From: Eledone cirrhosa
Lineage: Eukaryota
Length of the DNA: 64,000 bases
Direction: 5' to 3'
Assembly (NCBI GenBank): GCA_964016885.1
Contig: OZ024745.1
Coordinates: 16,864,001 to 16,928,000 of the forward strand
A program made the position numbers and the translations under genes. The notes beneath the pieces are model-generated. The model was not told where the DNA came from and ran no database searches. It saw only the letters and a list, made by a program, of their open reading frames with translations. Shown here piece by piece: positions 1 to 13,585 of this stretch. The stretch's first letter is position 1; each line of letters starts with the position of its first letter.

Positions 1-7
1 AACACAA

Positions 8-43
<36 letters not shown>

Positions 44-732
44 ATGTGTGTGTAGATAGAGCTACGAACATTATATTATCGTTGTGTGTTGTAAAACTAA
101 ATCAGTAACGAGGGTTAGACTATAAAACGCAAAACAACTATATGCAATTTAGATAGTCACTTAAAGAAAACGTTAAAGAACATGACAGTTTAAACTGATT
201 CCAATGAATGCTTAATACGAGCTACTGGCCTCATTACTAATATATTCTATGTTACTGTTGAAGATAAAATAAAATTATACCATCAAAATATAAAGGTTAT
301 CAAAAGAACTACAACAAATGGTATTTTAACAAATATGATTTCGGATGCATTTTAAAAGTGTTGCAGTGTTGCTTTGTAAGATCTATAGAAAATAATACGA
401 AGTATTTTCATAGAAAATGAATCGTATCAGTATGCCTCTTGCTTTTGAAAGCTAAACATAGATTGCGAAATATATTGGTAGGTGAAGACCGGGGATCTGT
501 GGATTACGGAATAAATAATAAATATACAATATATTATTATTGAAGAATACATCTTTGAAATATGGTTTATCTGCATTTACAACAAAAATACATAACAGGA
601 ATGTGATATTGTTTCCAGACGTATTCTTTGTGGTGATGGAAAGACGTGTGCATGAAACTTTTAGTTTTATATTCTGAAAAGATTATAGATTTCTAAAGGA
701 AACGTTTAACGTATATATTCCTGAATGACATC

Positions 733-791
<59 letters not shown>

Positions 792-960
792 GTAGATTTC
801 CAAGTTGATCGGGGAGGGATAATGGCAGTTAATTAAAAAAAAGGTGCGTACTGCATTAATAGAGTATAGGCGATGTTTTTATATTAAAAAATGACTTCTA
901 CAAGAATAATGATTTCATAGGAATGATACAGTTAATGTCATATATGCATACATGTACAGA

Positions 961-1518
961 TATCTACATATCAACGTATGTAAGAAAAAGGCAAAAAAAC
1001 GGAAGATGTCGTTTTACAAGTTAAAAGCCTGTGGTTGTCTTTCTAGCGGTGTCAGTTGTTTCGTAGTCAAGGAAAATGCATACAATATCATTCCATCGGA
1101 TTTGGCTTAGAAGGTTCAGCAAGATCCTCATATCGATGAGCATATTTCGTTTGCTTTCATGTCCCTGTAGCCTATAGGCATGTCCTACTATTAGGGCTCA
1201 GATAACTGGTGTTAAGCCGAAACCATTTAATGAGGTGAGGTCCTTTTCAAGGGTGCATACTGTAATCTCCTCTGTCGTAATCTTCATGAATAGTATTAGC
1301 TGGTGCGGCCAGGTTAGATGTAGTATCTTGACCCGTGGGCAAAGGGCTTGAATTTGCAGATGACAGGATACAACTTAACTATGCAGAAGGTGATCTATGG
1401 CATCTGCTGAATAAGTTTGCCACCGAGTGCCTCGGTGATTGCTAGAGGGCCTACTAGGTGCTTGTACCCTGTAAAAAAGATTCCCGTTTCTTTCTTGTCT
1501 TACGTTGATATGTAGATA
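961..1518. mobile_element. Segment bounded by 18-bp perfect inverted repeats (possible MITE or inverted pLTR remnant)
   Basis: tatctacatatcaacgta (961-978) is the reverse complement of tacgttgatatgtagata (1501-1518); the interior is GC-richer than the flanks. Confidence 0.35.
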
Positions 1519-1642
1519 GAAATTGTATGTTTATAATATTAATCATTTGGAAACATTTCACAGCCTTGCAGACTTATACTGTAAGACATTCAAGACTCAC
1601 AATTATACATATCTAAAATATTGATACACTCTTGTATTTAAG

Positions 1643-1677
<35 letters not shown>

Positions 1678-3288
1678 GTAGGTGTTGAAGTTACACACTG
1701 TAAAATCATAACAGTTTCATTCAATTAATATTGCTCTCATAAAATTGAGGATGAGTGTTAAATATGTTTCGTTTCATTAATTATGAACCATTATAACTTA
1801 GATTGTTAAGTACAATAAGTTCTTTAAGACTGAGAAATTATTAGTAAAATTATGACTCCTATCGATACACTTCCTCTTTCCTCGTTAAAAATAACATTTA
1901 TTATTGCGGCTGCATGGCAAAATAGGTTAAAGTTCATTAAGGCAAATAGAGACGGTTTCATAAAATTGTTCGTTTAAATAATCTAAATTCGGTTCTAAAT
2001 ATTGTATTTAGATTACGAGTATATTCATTAATTTTTCCTTTCACTAAATGAATTATTCGTCGAAAAGCTAATTAAGAAACGGCCTCCCCGCCCGGTAAAC
2101 GACTAAATGTCACACGTACAAAGTAAATTTTATGAGATAAATACGACTAATTTTCTTAAATCAAATTCATATTTGATTAAACTATTCTCAAAAGATTATA
2201 TTTGGTGTATAATTTCCGGAGTGAAGGAAATATATTGTTCACCAACTTGTCTGGTCTTAATATTTAATTGTTGATAAAAATAGAAGCCCGATATAGGTTA
2301 CGTCCGTAACTACATTAAGACAACTGCGAATGAGTATTAAAACATTGAACGCATATTGTTCAAACATAATTTGATTCACACATTTTGGCAAAGAAAAATA
2401 TAAAGTAAAGGAATCAATTCACACACACTCAACATAAATAAAATATTTTAAAAGAATTCTATTTTTTATAGAAAAAATGTTACAAACAACAAAGTGAATA
2501 TTGTGAGCTATATCAGTCAGAAACATAATGAATTTTTAATAGAAATACGACATGAAAATGACAGTGAAAATCTTCAATACATCAAAATACTAATATAATA
2601 TTTATTTGTTATATGCTTGGTAAATTATTACGATTGTTTGGTTTTCATAAGAAAATCATCTGTTGACAAATTTATTAACCCTAGTGATTTGTGCTGGAGT
2701 CTTTCCATGGGAGAATCTACAGCATATATAAAATGTAAAATTTATTTCGTCACATTTAAAGGGGATAAAGGAGCTACATCTCTTGTTACATCATTAATGG
2801 TTTTCATCAGTTATATATTGCAAGCCAAATTACTATCCATTACATATGCTTGTGTTTAAAACCTCCCAGTTACGGTATATTGGTTGAAACTAGTTTCATT
2901 AGCTTTAGAAGTCTAAACTCAGAAACAATCATGTGTGTAATGTTTTCTAGTTAAGTGTCATTCGAATACAATCAAAGCTTGCGACATTTGTGATGTCAAC
3001 AACATTTGATCTGCCTTTTTGCATAAATCAAATATATTAAAATCCATGAAACTAATTTTAATACATATTAGAATCCATTTTATTCCTCATTAATTTGGGA
3101 ATGACATAAATATCGATCACAAGAAAGAGATATATGACATTTGTATTTTGTAGATACAAATGAACATAAATGGTATGAACTTACATATGTAAGTTATCGT
3201 AATAAATAATTCTACCACATCCTAAATCATGCACAAAGTTGTTTAGTCTGAAAACCAAAATCCATTTTCCTAAAAACACTGTAATCTA

Positions 3289-3338
3289 TGTAGTCGAACG
3301 CTATCGATAAATTTGTAGTCGAACACTATCGATAAATT
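3289..3338. repeat. 25-bp tandem duplication
   Basis: tgtagtcgaac(g/a)ctatcgataaatt x2. Confidence 0.85.
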
Positions 3339-5959
3339 TGAAATAGTACAAAAAATAATGTTTCTAATTGTAATGTAGATTTTCTTCTTCGTTGGCTCAA
3401 GTCCTTAAATATAATTTAAGCAGACACAATGTTGTGTTTTTTTTCATATTCGAAAAGAGCGAATAGGAAATATTATATGAACTATTTTTTCGAGATCTAC
3501 ATGTAACTTCATTAAAAATAAAACAAATCCGGATCAAAATATAGGCGTTTCCTTTTCATTTTATTAGAAGCATGTGTTTTTTAGTGAGATATTATATTAT
3601 GACAAGCCCGAGCATTGAAATTCATTCATACGTTTCTAATGATTACGGAATATTTTATTGATATTCGTTAGGTTTCCTTGCATATAACTGAACCTCAGCC
3701 ATATCTAATAAGTCGAAAATCTATGAATATGAAGACAAAGGGCGTCTGAATAAATTTCTCTAAATTATTTTGACGTTTACTTATACCATTAAACGTTGAA
3801 AATGAGGAGAAAATTGAAGCGATTGATAAATGAGTACGATGAACAATAACATCAACAACAGTTAAAATTAAACACATCACAAAATATCATCATTACCAAC
3901 GCTTTGAGGCTGATAACAAAAATAAAAATATGTGGCCATGATAAAAATAAATATAAAGTGAAAGCAATAGTTTAAATGGCAAGTGTGACAACAAAAACAA
4001 GAAGAGCAACATAAATGTCAGCATTATAAAATCTTAATGCGTAATTGTATAGCGAAAATTACCTCTATTATTTTCTCTCTTACCTTCATTTCCATAGTTA
4101 AAAATAAATAGCTTCCCACAAAATCATAGAATTCATTGATTTATGAATGATGCCATTCGAAAGTGTCTAGAAAGGAAATTGCGCCGATCGAATTGTCAAA
4201 TCTTTCAAATAATAGTGAATTGCAGGTGAGTGTATCTTATCCATTGTGAAGCATCGCTAGGTTTTTATTGACTTTGCTCAAGTCCATTAATTTAATTTAC
4301 TAATATATAACATCTCCTGATGTATTTATCAATATATAGTCTAGAGAAAAAGTAAAGAAAAAAAAATCTACCAGTACATAAACGATAATCAGCCGACCAT
4401 TTTCATCACTGAACTCAATTTAATAAAACGATAGCAATCTTCCCACTTGACTTTGGCACGTCTTTCTTATCAGCTTTCTCGCAAAACTTTAAATTCAATA
4501 GCTTTGATAATATGTAGACTGATGGAGTCGGGGTAGAGGAAGGGAACAACGTTTATTTCTTGATGTCATAACCATAAAAAGGGTAATGTAATGGTCAATA
4601 TAATTGGTATCATGGTTCCACACACCGATAACAGCATTGCTCCAGGTAGAAATTCTCTGGTGAAAGGATAATAATAGTAATAGATTTTATCTTGAGTTGA
4701 GTGTATTACGTTGAACATAGTCATCCAATCATGTTCATGTTCACTTCACTTTTTCTGATTTTTGAAATTATAAGTACAGTATTTTAATACATTTCAGTAG
4801 TGGCAGGAACTACTTGATAAATATTCCAGGCAGACAATAGTAGTTAAGATTAAATGCAATTTATTAAGGAGTGGTTTCACTTTTCTACAGCTTTCTTTAG
4901 TTTAGTTGATGTATCTACTATAAATAGAGTCCCAAGAGAGAATTACTACTCGGCAGATCCCCCAACTGGAGGGTAGGGGAACTACATCCAGATATAGTGC
5001 ATAGTGGTTAATGTTTAAATAAGTTTTACTGTACAAAAGAATGCACTTCCCTTCTGCCGTGTTTCGCATCCAGGAGCCACCTAGTCTAAGGAAAATGGTA
5101 GAAAGGCCGTGAATGGAACTTACCTTTAGGCCAACTTAGTAATAGCCATGGACCTCTCTAAGATCAATCACCGAAATCATCAGTTACCTGAAATGTATTA
5201 CTGCTGACATCTGTAGATCTGACAATCACAGGTGGTATTAAACTATGGAAAAGTATTAACTGAGTCCCATTAAAACAGTGTCTTTATTCTGCATAACTGT
5301 GTACTATCTCTTCTCTCAAAACAAACGCCATAAATGACAACAAAAACACCACAACCTCCTCAGCAGATAAAATACAATAACAATCTCATTAGGCCAAGTA
5401 ATATTAACGACCGAATCCAATGAAATCAGTACCACTGCCACCACTAACTCAATCTCACTCATGACTATTCTTTCAGTGTTTGTTTTCAGTAATTAGTAGC
5501 TCTATTTTCTGTGTGCTGCATCCACAGGTGCATAGTTCGATAGATAGTGAACATTTTCCTAGGTTTTAACTCTACTTTCGTCCATTCAACTATACCTACA
5601 CCGTACCTGAATAATGAAACAACTTTTGCTTTTATTGCCTACAAATTACAATGGACTTGACGATCGATCTCAATCTTCAAAAGTACGCTTTTCTGGCTAT
5701 TTCCTTCATTGTTTTACCTTATGTCTGGGTAGCATACCTATATATCCATATCCCTTAGTTGTTTCCTGTGATTTGATCATTTCACCGTTGGGCAGTTCGT
5801 TTCTATCTAACCTCACTATCTTTCCACGCATCCTCCCTATCATCGCACACTTTGAAATGATCAAAACAATCCTAAAGTATTATGAAATCATTATTATTGT
5901 TGTAGTTTCCTGCCGTCAATGAATCCAGGATTTCTTACACGTGTGCCCTTGTCCCCATT

Positions 5960-6372
5960 TTCGATAAGTACCAGATCATTGCATCTCTTAGTCGGCCGGA
6001 AATGGGGGGTCGAGTGGCAGCGTTGTTTCGGAAAGGCCTAAATATTGCGATAAGGCCGGTCTTCTTGGATTCAGGCGGTCAGTTGGTGGTCCTGGACGTG
6101 AGCAATAGCAAAGATGGTGCCTTTAGCCTGGTGGCCGTCTATGCTCCGACCAGAGCATGGTGGCGGATTCCTTTAGAGAGGGACTGGAACGACATCTTAG
6201 ACGCACGTTGGGAATGCGTGGAAGTAGCTGATAGGGGCGGGGTGCAAAAGCCACACGTTTCTGATCAGCCAATGCTACCTCTCTGACAGGTACCGGCTAG
6301 ATTTTTCCTAATGTGCCAATGTGGACGTGAACCAACCACAGATAGTAATCTAGATCGTATATAGATAGGAAT
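5960..6372 (+). pseudogene. Degenerate Tx1-type LINE ORF2 fragment (APE endonuclease domain)
   Basis: ORF 6002-6286 (GQLVVLDV...FSLVAVYAP...DWNDILDARW) aligns with the N-terminus of ORF2 at 27906; tctagatcgtatatagatag matches the SRSYLDR codons. Confidence 0.85.
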
Positions 6373-6835
6373 TTCTTTTGGGCAGTATATAAAGAGTCAA
6401 AGAATGTCATACAGTAATGCTGTTTTGAAGGTGCATCGAGGCGAAACATATTTGAATAAGAAAGCACACATATTTGGTATTAATGACAAAGCAATGAATA
6501 AATATGTGTGCATCATAGAAATGTTGGAAACTGGGATGACAGATATAGGCGAATGTTTACACATGAATATATGTAAAATAATAACGTGACTTACATACTA
6601 TTATCCTGTCCTCAATATATGTATATCTGTGTATCACTTATTGACCGTTCTAGCATTTGTTATATTAAATGGAGAAAGCGCTTTACCTTTTTAAGTAAGC
6701 CTGTGTAATATAACAAGTGATATTTTCGTAATATCATTATATATAATGTATATATATATATATATATATATAACAGAAAACAAAAACAATAACGAAGAGT
6801 GCAGTATAAAGTGTTAATATATATATATATATATA

Positions 6836-7145
6836 TTTCGTTTCCGAATTTGTTTAGCAAGATTCTTTATCTGTAAACGTGTGTTGAAAACGATATTGTT
6901 ATACTTTGGGAGGGTCGTGTTGCCAATAAGAAACACACGCACCAGGTGCTTTCACTCCGATTTATTATAAATTAAATTTATAAATTTAAGAATTTATAAA
7001 TTTCCGATTGGTTGGTTGTTCATATTAGTTGTTCATATATTGTCAAACTTCTTTCGTCACACATTCTGTGACCTCTTCAGTGACTGGGGATTCTTTTCTT
7101 TGTTTTTGTGCCTCTCCTTTGTTCTGTCCTACCCCATCTTGTTTA
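6836..7145 (-). mobile_element. Penelope-type pLTR remnant between (TA)n tracts, with a hammerhead-like motif at 7042-7084
   Basis: Minus strand gtca-CTGAAGA-g-gtcaca-gaatg-tgtgac-GAAA-gaagTT-tgac; homologous to 24040-24315. Confidence 0.55.
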
Positions 7146-7181
7146 TATATATATATATATATATATATAGATAGATAGATA

Positions 7182-7231
<50 letters not shown>

Positions 7232-8235
7232 TTCTGCAGTGCTGAGAACACTGAGACCTCTAATGCACTCGATACATGGGGAGATGTAGAGTGGTATAAA
7301 GATATGTAGGATCCTGACCGCGGCGCCAAGCAGTTCCGACACAGGCCGAAACCACCTGGTGCCGCAGTCTGTACATTCAGTAATATTGCCCAATGTCGTC
7401 ATCTTTTGGGGCCTGGCATTTACTGGAATTAAAATATAGATTTTAAAATAAGGCTTATATATTTTAGTGCAGCTTTCCACAACACGCAGAATAAATCATT
7501 AAAAGTGTTATAAATTGACGTATTTTACTGTTTTTCATTTTAGCTGGAAACATATCTAAGTTTCTGGAAATAATAAAGCTAAAATTTATCAAGTATGCTA
7601 TACAACCTTAAAGCCCAATATGATGTATTAGGCATGTTGGAAACCAAATATATAGTACAGAGCCGCCTTAAAAATAACACCATCTATAAAACACTATGTA
7701 AGTACCACATCCAATATAATGAAACGCTATCATTTCGAAATGCTACGTGATTTTATTTAAGATTGATGTGATAAGTGTCGATATCTTGTTATATTATACT
7801 TATCCAAAGAGGTTAGCTAAAATTATATAGTTTACTGCTTTCGTATAGATATTAGATGTTAACTTTCCTTTTATTGTAGTTGATTAATTGCAATATATTC
7901 TGGCAAATTGAATCTACACATTTTAATCATTAAAATAAAGGAACTAAAACATGGCAATCGTATATTAGATCAGGAAGTGCTCTTTAGCGCTCTGTGAGAA
8001 GATTATACATTAAAATTCAATCTGTTGACATCTTAAGGATTTCGATTAAGCAACCTTTTAAGTGCTAGTTAAGCATTAACTCAGTTTTAATTTGCTGAAA
8101 ATCCTTTGCGTTTATCACTGTGTCGTCTTCCTCACCATTTTGTCCAAGAACACAACTAAGATGCACTATCTAGGCACGTGTGTAGGGATTTCTTCTTCCT
8201 CTTTTTCTTTTCTATTTTCTTTATAATATTATAAA

Positions 8236-8614
8236 GGGTGGTGAAACGCAGTATCGGTAGAACATAGGGCACCATAGTTCGTGTCATAGAGTTACGTCTC
8301 TTTACCTTCTGACTTCAAATCCGGCAGAGATTAGCTTTGCTTCTCATCCTACCAGATTTAGACACAAGGCCAGCAGTTTTAGGGGATGTGAAAGTCGATT
8401 AAATCGAACTCAGTGCGTTACTGGTACTTTATTTTATCGACCATTTAAGAATGAAAGGCAAAGTTAACCACAGTGGTATTTGAACTCAGAACGTAAAAGT
8501 CCGTAACTCTATGACACGAAGAATGTTGCCCGACCCTCTACCGATTCTGTTGATTTAACCAACCTTTCCCTCCCCTAAAATGGTTGGCCTTGTACCTAAA
8601 TCTGAAACCATTAT
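8236..8614. mobile_element. Nested tRNA-derived Nin-domain SINEs (+ copy interrupted by a - copy at about 8354-8560)
   Basis: Box B (gacttcaaatcc / tttgaactc), gcctttcat..gtcgataaaataaagtaccag domain, and tggccttgtacctaaatc tail. Confidence 0.75.
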
Positions 8615-11600
8615 AATTTGATGAACTTATTTTAAATCCCTATTTTCGTCCTTTGGTAATTTCCCGTCGAAATATCTCCACTAGTTTCATGAATTGTGAT
8701 ATTTATATCAACTATCGAGTTATTTCATACCCGAGGTCATTGTTTCGATGCATTCTTCATGTCGGCGTATAAATGATGAATCAGCGATCCTATAAATATG
8801 CTTACATTAAAGAATATACATTAGACACAGTAGCTACGAAAGTGATAATTTACACTAAGGGGCTTAAAAAAAGAATAATAATTTATCTCTTATCTTACAA
8901 TTGATAGAACTTCAAAATTATTAGGATTTCAAAAAAAAAAAGAAAAGAAGAATTAGGTTTGATAAAACGCAAATAAGATTTACTAAACGGTAAATGTATA
9001 CCCTACAGTTAATAAAGTTTAAGTTGAAAGACAATTGTATTACTCACCTATTGATAGGGAAAACATTTGCATGTATATCTAGAAACATTGTTTATTAATA
9101 ATCATTAGAGTTCAGACATAGTTGAGATATTAAGAAGTTAAATTCGCAAACATGTTGATCTGTGTTCCCATACAATCTCTTGTATCAAGGCCAAGTGACT
9201 TTACTCTCAGTCCGATCTCAGCCTTGTAAGTTAAATTGGGTAGACGAAAACTGTATTAAATGCTTATCGGATGGATTGTAGATATGATTTAACACTCAAT
9301 ATCAGGTGTTTCTGGGGAGGCGGCCGATTTAACAGGGTTTTTGAGACTAGAAATAGGTAGTAAATTAAACTTGGTAGTCGATCCATCGATCCTCTGAAAC
9401 GATCGTAAAACAATTAACTAACTCTCTACTTACAACTAACTTCTGTTTTTATTGAAAAGATGGTGCATGACAATCCTACTCAATTTCGCCCAAAGTAGAC
9501 CTGAAGTCCAATGAGAAATGCTTGGAAACAGATGTCAGTGGCTCTTTTGATGTCCTAGTGCCTTACAACACTTCCAAGCCGAATGGCTGAAGCATGGTCT
9601 CAAGGCAAAGATTGGTAGAAATAGAGTAATACCTATTCATGCCCCAAACTTTGGTTTAGTGTTCCTTGATCTAATGGCAAACGTTTCTTCGTGCTTAACG
9701 TTGAACTCAGAAGTCACATGTATGCATATCAACAGACATTGAAACGACATGACGTCTTCTCTGGACTACGAATGAGTCTCGTTCACTCATTCCTTCATTC
9801 AGTCACTCAGTCATTCCTTCAGCTATTTATTGATATATACGCAGATATGAAACAATAGAAATAGAAATTAGAAATTTTATAGCGTCTTACACATACGATA
9901 ACACGTTCTACATGGAACTGATTTCTAAAGATTCAGAGTTCTGAGGAGAAAAAACATTTTCAGCTGTTACAAATAACTTTAAATAAGACAGCGAAAGAAT
10001 TTGAAAGGAAGAAAAAGGGGGGGAGGGGGGTATATGTTTTAAGTGCAAATTATGTTTGTTTGTCCTTCTAGTTTCAGAATTTCTCATGAAAAGGAAATGT
10101 TTCTGTTAAATGAAATATTAATGCATTAAATAAAGAATTTCAAAGTATTATCTAGCAATATTTATAACCTTATTTTAGGTCTGTTTCTTTTTATCAATAT
10201 TAACGGGAAAAAAATGCAAATTGTATATTATATAGTTACAAGAGCATCATCAGCAAACCCTCCACATTAAGTGACAAAATAAATGTAGGTTAAATGATTA
10301 TGACAGATGCGTGGTAAAGGATGTGTTACATCCATTTATAAGTAGACGGAGTAACCACTATGTTTGATAATAAAGTTCTGTTGTGAAGGACCAATTATGG
10401 AAACATCAATGGGCGTACGAAATATGTAGCAATTAATGAAATAAAACAAAACGAGAATTAAATTAATAGTTTGTGATAGGTACATGACATTTACATGATT
10501 TCCGGTATAAACATTGTAATTCAAAGAGACGACTCTGTGGGTTGTGGATAACTTAACCCGATGTAAAACGAAATATATGTCCCCTGTTTAAAAAAGCATA
10601 ACATAAGTAAATACATGTGTATATATGAGAATGAAATATAGCTGTACAAATTACTGACACATACAACGGTTTCAATAACAAAACAAAAATGACATCATCT
10701 ATATTTTCAATTGTAAATACAAGAGAGCTATTAATTCTACGTGTTTTAATATAGTTATTTGGACACTAGATGATGTAAGGTTTCAGATAGTAGAACACAT
10801 TTTTATTGTTCATGTTTTTGTCTATCATTGCTTCATCCATGATTGAGTAAACACACGTTCAATTATTTCCTGTTGTGACCGCAATATGTTCTTATGCATG
10901 TCGTCTGACTATAAGCTCTCAAGTTACATAGATTATTATTTGGTTTTGCTTTAGATTATTATGGCTTTTATGAAGAGTCTACAGGCCCCAGATGAATTGG
11001 CATAGATCTCAACGGATGTAATTTATTGATTGTACACTATAGCTTTTGGTGTCTTTTATGTACATCGTTTACTTTTTTTTATATGTTTTCCACGTGGTCT
11101 TTGAATGCTGTGGAGGAGTTGCATGAAATTCACAGCAATGTTGTATCTTTGCCATGTATGGGCTGTTTATGTTTCAGTGTGATAGTTTGAAATGTATCCT
11201 CTGTAGTATTGTTGAAGATAGGAACATATTTAAGTATGTAAATAGGTTTCTATGATTTCCATTAGTGTTGGAGTAGTCTTGCAGCACTCATCGTAGATGT
11301 TGAGATGACCTGTGTATATATACATACTGGCTGTCTGTACGTTTTGTGGAAAGTGGTGTAGGTATAGATTGAAAAGTGTAATTGAGACGACTGCTATTCC
11401 ATTTGGGAGATTGCAGATTCTAAACTGTTCTCCCTGTACAATACGTAGAGCTAGTGACCCAACAGATTCTACATATGAAGATTTTAAAGCCTGTTGTTGA
11501 AATAATACCTAAATTTGCACATATAAGGAAATGTTTGGAATATAAGCGAATTTAAGGAGAAGCAAGCTGTTTGTTTTAAATTAGTAGTTTTGCTACCTTC

Positions 11601-12584
11601 TAATACAGCAGCATTTTATGATTCCAGTAAAGAGTCCCTCTCTCGTGAATAATTATCTAAAATTCCATATGTTACTGAACAAAGTCAAGTTAATCATTGC
11701 AAAACGTCCTATCCTGCATATAAAAATAAATGATTTGTTAAATTGAGACATTTCTGCCACATATGTAACATATATAAGGACGTTAAGGGCATGCGGCTTA
11801 AACTAACTACAAAATAACGTTTGAATAATACTTTTGCAAAAAATTATAACATGCATCGTTTGTGAGTCATATCGTGGGTGAGCCACATACATACCGTTAT
11901 GGAGCTGTCGTCGTTGAGTTCGGCCTGCATCCATAATGAAGCCCTCAGGGTGCAGTCCAGTTTCCCCGCCATGCTACTCTCAAGTACATGATGAGAGGGA
12001 GCCTCTAAGCAGCCGGCTTCCCTTTACAACTGGAGTCAGTAGTTACATGACCGTGGTGATGGCAAGCGCCCCGACGAAATTAACCTCTTCCCTTTCGAGA
12101 GAGGAAAATCCATCATCTAAGACTGGACATGCTGTGATAAGTTACATACTTTCAACTTAGTCGCCTCGGCCACAAAGCCCACTACCGAGGCACACAAAGC
12201 AGAGGACAGGAAAACAAGCAATGTATGTCTGGCCGCTTTCTCTTCGCACCGGTCACCGTCGATATCACGGGCGTCCTGGTACAATGAACCTCTTCCTTCA
12301 AATCGGATCCATACCAGCCTGTTTGAGGAAGGGTCCACGCGAGGTGGAGTGGCTATTGCATTGTCAGTCGCTTATCATTGTCAACTGAAATGCCTTTGCC
12401 TATATGTCTGCGGTGCGCAGCCGAAACACTGCTCTCACCTGTTTCCTCTTTCTTTCTTCTTTTGTTCTAGTAGTAGTTTCGGTTAAATATAAAATCTGTG
12501 GAGCACGACAATTTTCAGTATAATATAAAATGTAAGTTGCAAATAAACATCACCATATTGAGGTGATGGGAAATATATATATAC

Positions 12585-13320
12585 ATGTCCATTTGGTGTT
12601 AAAATTTCATCAGAATAGAAGTTGGTGAATCAAGGATTACGAAGTACTTGTAAATGAAACGAAATATTATATATTGAAACAATATTCACTCATATGCAAG
12701 GACGAACATATTTTCCTTCAGTTGATCGTAGAAAATATCGTAACTGAGCAGTTCATGGGAAGACGCAAGGAAATTCTCTTCAACAGTGGTATGTATTTAA
12801 CCTAAATATTTCAGATGGTGCACACAATTAGAAACTTCATATTCTAGTTTTTCACGGGATGTATATTGAAAACAATTACTTGCCCAATTATTTATCGCAA
12901 TGACAAATATGATTTTATGGTAACCGATGATTAATCGAAGAATCAAGTACCGCAGTTATTGCTATATTAAAGAAGTATCTTTATCGATTAACCTAAATAA
13001 ATGAATTAATTATGTATATGCTAGAGACTTACGAGGAAAAACTGTTCCAAAAAATGGATCAAACATCATCTAGTGTAATAGATAAGATCAAAAGGATTAG
13101 TGCTCTGAAATCGAAAGAAGAAATTGAAAACTACTTCGGATCGATAAGATATTATTTCCAATATGTTCCACAATATGCAGATATAGTTGAACAACTTCTA
13201 TGACCAAAAAGAAAAAAATGTCTTTACTTGGGAAAGCATCAAGGCTTAAACTTTAAAAAGGCCAAAGAACAACATACACGATATATTATTTTGGCAACAT
13301 ACTCCACAAATTGTGAGTTT
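12585..13320 (+). pseudogene. Highly decayed Ty3/Gypsy pol fragment
   Basis: CPFGVKISSE (MPFGL-like RT motif) at 12586; ORF 13012-13203 KSKEEIENYFGSIRYYFQYVPQYADIVEQL resembles the RT-RNase H connection consensus (ELQSFLG..NYY..FIP..A....PL). Confidence 0.6.
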
Positions 13321-13437
13321 TTCTAAAACGTCAGCAGGAATAATATTAAATTCTGACGAAATTGAAGTTTTTTGAAATATTTGCCTAAGAAACATGATGC
13401 ACGATGAGAACTACTAGGTTATCTAGGCAATGCTAGA

Positions 13438-13477
<40 letters not shown>

Positions 13478-13519
13478 CTTCAAAATATTAATAAATATAG
13501 ACATTCATGTGATCAAATA

Positions 13520-13585
13520 TATTTTATTATACATATTTCAGAGGTACTGAGCTATTTCAACAGTACGTCCTCATCAGATAAAATA
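13520..13585 (-). ncRNA. Type I hammerhead ribozyme (inverted pLTR copy)
   Basis: Reverse complement of the 15012-15077 motif with 2 substitutions in stem II. Confidence 0.7.

Noticed and set aside
7310-7372. ctgacc...gaaaccacctggt hammerhead-like string
   Set aside because: Core is not CUGANGA and the cleavage triplet would be GUG; folds better as a simple hairpin
10900-11500. Possible decayed Penelope RT on the minus strand (TPP...TWKTY..DV)
   Set aside because: Motifs too degenerate to support by eye
11860-12555. Possible LTR upstream of the Gypsy remnant
   Set aside because: No second LTR, PBS or TSD identified
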